In this document: positions 60,301 to 64,000 of the stretch, in pieces | Layout: the number at the start of each line of letters is the position of its first letter | Position numbering within the stretch: position 1 is the stretch's first letter | Assembly (NCBI GenBank): GCA_963779325.1 | Contig: CAVZXS010000011.1 | Coordinates: 400,858-464,857 of the forward strand | Length of the DNA stretch: 64,000 nt | DNA from: an uncultured Bacteroidota bacterium | GTDB lineage: Bacteria > Bacteroidota > Bacteroidia > Chitinophagales > Chitinophagaceae | Direction: 5' to 3' | Program-made: the position numbers and the translations under genes | Notes under the pieces: model-generated | What the model was told of the DNA's origin: nothing | Databases searched by the model: none | The model's input: only the letters and a program-made list of their open reading frames with translations

Positions 60301-60751
60301 AGGCATTGACGGACGCAACTTCAGCAGCATCGGAACGGTGGCTGCCATTGGTAATACGACAACCAAATCGCAATACGCAAATACTGATTACGATGTAACC
60401 AAACAATCTTCGCCCGTAGTATATTACCGGTTGCGGATGGTGGATAGAGATGGAGCGTTTACCTACTCGCAGATTGTAGCCATTTCACTGGCTGATATCA
60501 CAGGCAGAGTATCCGTATTCCCCAATCCTGCTTCGCAAAAAGTTACCGTAAGCATTAATGCGCCGGCTAACGGAAAAGTAATTTGGAAGTTGACGGATAA
60601 CACCGGCCGTATCGTAATGCAAAACACTGATCTGTTGAGACAGGGTAATAACAATCTTCAGATAGACGTGAACAGGCTGCCGGGCGGCTTGTACTACCTC
60701 ACTGTAGCAGGCGCGGGAATAGATCAGAAAGTAAAACTGCAAAAGTTATAA
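57311..60751 (+). CDS. large secreted protein: PPC-like repeats, PQQ/sGDH-like beta-propeller segment, T9SS C-terminal domain
   Basis: 1146 aa; signal peptide; ..PDDDIWYSF..NTYYVRVYS..; GSSHGPYSDDEINIIEQARNYGHPL resembles soluble glucose/sorbosone dehydrogenase signature; C-terminal VSVFPNPASQKVTVSI..GLYYLTVAGAGIDQKVKLQKL. Confidence 0.6.
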   Translation: MKKLLSCLPILFISNYLFAQAGNNTCATALNLNTLSGNYTATRGDLYLANATAAPTGTACTGTRYDVWYKFTLPAGSTSVIITVVLDLPNTGTGSLTNTNTFIELFNTANCTLTSTSTGGCNNVSQSRKYTGLTGGGTYTFRVNTTQNPNVLAQPYYGFNLFVVPNNDNCNNLATVLPAGGTVDGNLLAATNSGVAVAPCTGNPDDDIWYSFNALYNYATITLGNIGSDLAASGARMQLFSGTGACGSLASLACSGTGDVINATGLTVGNTYYVRVYSAGTGQAGTNWGFRISLTPSAKVQLQGSRMREVFHQQIISAPQVLADPWEVTYGPDNNLWLTESKGYRVYIVNPTTGVRDTILNISQGATFLPAGDQTFNAQFNINTNGAQGGLAGLAIHPEFITNPLKKFVYISYIYSYDSASVFNAQCKFFKNRLVRFTYNTGTNRLESPVSLCDTLPGGNDHNSQRMIIAPVGGTDYLFYASGDMGAGQLNCAARAMKAQQLNSYEGKILRFNLEPDGDAGLNAWIPSAGANANPFNATLGVQSAVWVNGIRNNQGFAYDPVLDKLYGSSHGPYSDDEINIIEQARNYGHPLVIGFAADNNYANASAGTPKNTPASTCPIIGSEITNASNIGASYKDPLFSAYPNSPSYPNIYTNIWNATTTPNNGNWPSEGWSGLDLYTNTVIPGWKKSLVNASLKWGRLVRMRLGTAGTTTLPNNTVNDTISYFGSINRFRDLVFAPNGKDVYVIMDRSTSTSGPSSLFPVVPSCQGCLQKYTFLGYNDDGTGKSTIPASIDVTTDATNFVCNAGTSVTIDNTNNNLWVPITGPDGNILAEIKANGNNLGLITSSFYQNAGAIRVRNSNRYLDRNITITPAVQPSSAVNIRLYLTAAEYNALDADPLSGVSAIGDLKILKNNDACAAAVASNTTLINPTFTLAHGAGGYMLQGNTSTFSSFYIGSSNITLPLQLIYFTGTLKNNATLLNWETENEKNVSSFNVERGIDGRNFSSIGTVAAIGNTTTKSQYANTDYDVTKQSSPVVYYRLRMVDRDGAFTYSQIVAISLADITGRVSVFPNPASQKVTVSINAPANGKVIWKLTDNTGRIVMQNTDLLRQGNNNLQIDVNRLPGGLYYLTVAGAGIDQKVKLQKL

Positions 60752-60781
60752 GAGTAGTATTTTAAATAATTATTTTAAAAC

Positions 60782-60816
60782 AAAAACCCTCTTCGTAATT
60801 CGAGAGGGTTTTTTGT
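60782..60816 (+). terminator. rho-independent terminator
   Basis: AAAACCCTCT-tcgtaattcg-AGAGGGTTTT then TTGTTTTTTTT. Confidence 0.7.
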
Positions 60817-61375
60817 TTTTTTTATATAATATTAAAGTACAAACATGTTTTACAAAACGAAACACATGCAGAATCGTTTTGCCTACCCTATGTTTCGTGT
60901 CTCACCATGACTAACACAAGGGACTGACTGTATTGAAATAATATCGCCCGTGAAAACCTTTTCCACATCACATCCACCCGACATGCAGAAGCACATCGAA
61001 GAGTATATTATAAAAGCAGGGCGTAGCAGATGCTTCTACCGCCGGTGGCGGTATCAGCATGACAGCGGGACGAGAGTGACAAGTAGGTGGCAGTTCTATG
61101 AATGAAGAGTAGCCCTAAAAGAAAAGCATTCCTGTAATGAAGCTGCGTCACGAATAAAAAAACTCGTCCTGCCGTCATGCTGCCTGCCCTGTGGGAATGA
61201 GCGCAGCGAAATGAAGAGTCTGTTACACATGACTTGCGTACCCGATGCCTCCCGCATGACAAAGCAGAAAGAGCCTGATAAAAAGATAATACCCTGAAAT
61301 AAGAAAACATCATGCAAAAAGGAAAACTTCATAGCAATGAAATATTTCTTCAGGGGGAAGTGTACAAAAAAAATT

Positions 61376-61402
61376 GTCCCGCGAATCAGGCGGGACGTTT
61401 TT
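61376..61402. terminator. bidirectional terminator hairpin GTCCCGC-gaatcag-GCGGGAC with A-run upstream and T-run downstream
   Basis: serves the - strand small ORF ending at 61426 and any + strand transcript from the 60.8-61.4 kb region. Confidence 0.55.
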
Positions 61403-61425
61403 GGTTTATAATAAATGAGAAACTA

Positions 61426-61683
61426 CTACTCGTAATTATTGTACCACCCGGTATCGAAAGACTGTACGTGGTCGGGGTTTGTTTTCCTTACTACAGGTTC
61501 ATTATTTTCTTCCTCACGATACGGATCGGCCATGGGCATTACAAAAAGGCGGTTGTTAAACCTTTTTTTATCCGTCGCTTTACTGCTAATATGTAAGTAA
61601 GAAGATTGTTCCGCCTCGGGTAATTTCAATGCTTTGAGCGGGTAAGCTGAAAAATATAAAGAAGATTGCGCACTGCTTTTCAT
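61426..61683 (-). CDS. hypothetical small protein
   Basis: 85-aa ORF followed (on its strand) by the 61376-61402 terminator. Confidence 0.3.
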   Translation of the reverse strand: MKSSAQSSLYFSAYPLKALKLPEAEQSSYLHISSKATDKKRFNNRLFVMPMADPYREEENNEPVVRKTNPDHVQSFDTGWYNNYE

Positions 61684-61827
61684 GAGTAAAGGATTTAGAC
61701 GATTTTTATTTTTATTCTGAACGTTAAATTACCACGATAAATTATACCGGCAAACCATTTTTTAACAAAATTAAAAAAGAAGAAGGCGGGCTTCATCTTT
61801 TACGTAGGAAATTTACGATGCCGGGTA

Positions 61828-63228
61828 TTAATCAATCTTCCCTACCATATTAGCCGGCACCACCCATTCATCAAATTCTTTAGGTGTTACATAACCCAAC
61901 TTCACCGCCATGGCTTTCAGCGTAGTTCCTTCTTTATGCGCTTTCTGCGCTATTTCCGCGGCTTTATAATAACCAATCTTAGTATTCAAAGCCGTTACCA
62001 GCATCAATGAATTGTCAACATGCTTTTTAATATTGGCTTTAATAGGCTCAATACCCGCGGCACATTTATCATTAAATGAAACACAACCGTCGCCAATGAG
62101 CCTGGCGCTGTGTAAAAAATTATAAATCATTACGGGTTTAAAAACATTTAATTCAAAATGGCCGTTGCTGCCGCCGATACTTATGGTAACATCATTACCC
62201 ATTACCTGCGCGGCAATCATAGTCAATGCTTCACATTGCGTTGGGTTTACTTTGCCCGGCATGATGGATGAACCCGGTTCATTATCCGGAATAAATATTT
62301 CACCGATACCGCTTCTCGGTCCGCTACTGAGCAACCGGATGTCATTAGCGATTTTCATAAGACTTACCGCTACTGTTTTTAATGCGCCGTGCGATTCTAC
62401 TATTGCATCATGCGCTGCCAATGCTTCAAATTTATTTTTTGCCGTTACAAAAGGCAACTTGGTGAGTTTGGCAATATGCTTTGCCACATTTACAGAATAA
62501 CCGGGCGGTGTATTGATACCGGTACCTACAGCCGTACCGCCCAATGCCAACTCCGATAAATGCGCCAATGTATTTTTAACAGCTCTCAATCCGTGATCCA
62601 ATTGCGAAACATAGCCGCTGAATTCCTGTCCCAACGTAAGCGGGGTAGCATCCATACAATGTGTACGCCCGATCTTGACTACCTTTTTAAATGCTTTTGC
62701 TTTTTTATCTAATGTATTGCGCAGTTTTTCAATACCCGGAATAGTTGTCTCCATTAAAATTTTATACGCGGCAATATGCATGGCCGTAGGAAATGTATCA
62801 TTACTGGACTGCGACTTATTTACATCATCATTGGGATGCAGGTATTTTTCTTTGTCACTTAATTTACCCCCGTTTAATACATGTCCGCGATAAGCAATCA
62901 CTTCATTCACATTCATATTGCTTTGCGTACCGCTGCCGGTTTGCCACACAACCAGCGGAAAATAATCATCCAATTTTCCGTCCAAAATTTCTTTAGCCGC
63001 CCTGCCGATTAAATCCGCTTTCTTTTTTGTCAATATGCCTGCTTCCAGATTTGTAATAGCGGCCGCATGTTTTAAATAAGCGAATGCTCTTATAATTTCT
63101 TTCGGCATACGGTTAATATCCTGCGCTATTTTAAAATTATCGATGCTGCGCTGCGTTTGCGCACCGTAGTAGGCTTTTGAAGGCACTTTCACTTCGCCCA
63201 TGGTATCTTTTTCTATTCTGAATTCCAT
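61828..63228 (-). CDS. fumC: class II fumarate hydratase
   Basis: 466 aa; [26 protein letters not shown] (fumarase GAQTQRS signature rather than aspartase), [16 protein letters not shown] lyase signature. Confidence 0.85.
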   Translation of the reverse strand: MEFRIEKDTMGEVKVPSKAYYGAQTQRSIDNFKIAQDINRMPKEIIRAFAYLKHAAAITNLEAGILTKKKADLIGRAAKEILDGKLDDYFPLVVWQTGSGTQSNMNVNEVIAYRGHVLNGGKLSDKEKYLHPNDDVNKSQSSNDTFPTAMHIAAYKILMETTIPGIEKLRNTLDKKAKAFKKVVKIGRTHCMDATPLTLGQEFSGYVSQLDHGLRAVKNTLAHLSELALGGTAVGTGINTPPGYSVNVAKHIAKLTKLPFVTAKNKFEALAAHDAIVESHGALKTVAVSLMKIANDIRLLSSGPRSGIGEIFIPDNEPGSSIMPGKVNPTQCEALTMIAAQVMGNDVTISIGGSNGHFELNVFKPVMIYNFLHSARLIGDGCVSFNDKCAAGIEPIKANIKKHVDNSLMLVTALNTKIGYYKAAEIAQKAHKEGTTLKAMAVKLGYVTPKEFDEWVVPANMVGKID

Positions 63229-63339
63229 ATATTTTTTTTAATAGCATAAAGGTAGGGCAAGAATTTTTTTTTAAAAGAAAAAGAAAACTGCTTTTTCCGT
63301 ATATTTAGAGAAATGCCGCAGCCGGTTTTAAAAGCGATT

Positions 63340-64000
63340 ATGATTAAATTACTTTCCCTTGTTATATTTTTTGTTCCCTTTTTTTCTGCGGCGCAGCAAG
63401 CATTACCAAAACCTTCCGCCGCGCAACTTTCATGGCACCAACAGGAGTTTTACCTTTTCATTCATTTTGGCCCCAATACATTTACCGATAAAGAATGGGG
63501 CGAAGGAACGGAACATGAAGAAATATTTAATCCGTCCGATTTAGATTGCGATCAATGGTGCCGTATTGCAAAGCAGGCCGGCGCCAAAGGCGTTATTATA
63601 ACAGCCAAACACCATGACGGTTTTTGTCTTTGGCCAAGTAATTTTTCCAAACATACCGTACGTGAAAGTAAATGGAAGAACGGTGAAGGTGATGTATTAA
63701 AAGAATTATCCGAAGCATGTAAACGAAACGGATTAAAGTTTGGTGTGTACATTTCGCCATGGGACAGAAACCACCCTGACTACGGAACGGAGCAATACAA
63801 TGATGTATTTGTAAGTATGATGACTGAACTGTTTATCAACTACGGTCCCATTTGGGAACTGTGGTGGGATGGCGCTAACGGTGAAGGACCGAATGGCAAA
63901 AAACAAGTGTATGATTGGGATAGGTTTAAAAAAACAGTAACTGCTCTTTCACCAAATACGGTTGTGTTTAGTGATGTGGGGCCGCATATACGATGGGTGG
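63340..64000 (+). CDS. alpha-L-fucosidase (GH29), 5' portion; continues past window end
   Basis: signal peptide MIKLLSLVIFFVPFFSAAQ then WHQQEFYLFIHFGPNTF..ITAKHHDGFCLWPS..FGVYISPWD GH29 blocks; open to the end of the window (not in ORF track because no stop). Confidence 0.7.
   Translation, partial: MIKLLSLVIFFVPFFSAAQQALPKPSAAQLSWHQQEFYLFIHFGPNTFTDKEWGEGTEHEEIFNPSDLDCDQWCRIAKQAGAKGVIITAKHHDGFCLWPSNFSKHTVRESKWKNGEGDVLKELSEACKRNGLKFGVYISPWDRNHPDYGTEQYNDVFVSMMTELFINYGPIWELWWDGANGEGPNGKKQVYDWDRFKKTVTALSPNTVVFSDVGPHIRWV

Noticed and set aside
1-64000. CRISPR array or cas genes
   Set aside because: There are no regularly spaced direct repeats of 25-40 bp with unique spacers. The repeated elements found are hairpins, palindromes and att/arm repeats.

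Overview
This window looks like Bacteroidetes chromosome (Chitinophagaceae-like gene content with T9SS cargo proteins). It is mostly housekeeping genes with two accessory islands. Housekeeping genes recognised: gcvH, vanZ-like, prfA, an amidohydrolase, recO, tatD, a polysaccharide deacetylase, gltX, rtcB, a sensor kinase/LuxR pair, terC, a murF-alr fusion, lspA, fumC and a partial GH29 fucosidase. Accessory content: (1) a ~10.4 kb integrative element at 10135-20525 inserted at the 3' end of tRNA-Ser(GGA). It has a duplicated 16-bp tRNA core, a 22-bp arm-type repeat inside each end, an arm-binding tyrosine integrase, an ORF6N protein, an orphan 894-aa protein, an Xis-like HTH, a RepA-like ATPase followed by a TGCACCG iteron cluster, hicAB, and a Zn-finger/Toprim primase. 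The architecture is PICI/satellite-like. (2) A ~3.2 kb ORF-poor region at 28.2-31.4 kb. It holds three sub-threshold peptide ORFs, each followed by a terminator (one with a competing antiterminator stem), a family of CCCC-loop-GGGG hairpins, twin 20-bp palindromes, and an array of seven divergent AT-rich tRNA(-like) genes plus tRNA fragments. (3) An IS3-family insertion sequence with an A AAA AAA/G slippery site, among low-GC orphan genes and decayed DNA. (4) Four large T9SS C-terminal-domain proteins, two of them tandem paralogs. Several conserved genes (prfA, amidohydrolase, recO, rtcB, a 1070-aa VIT-vWA-plug-TPR-DUF2135 protein) are each split by single-base frameshifts. This points to indel errors in the assembly or to pseudogenisation, so adjacent ORF fragments should be read together. 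No CRISPR array was seen. All calls are from reading the sequence; no database searches were run.
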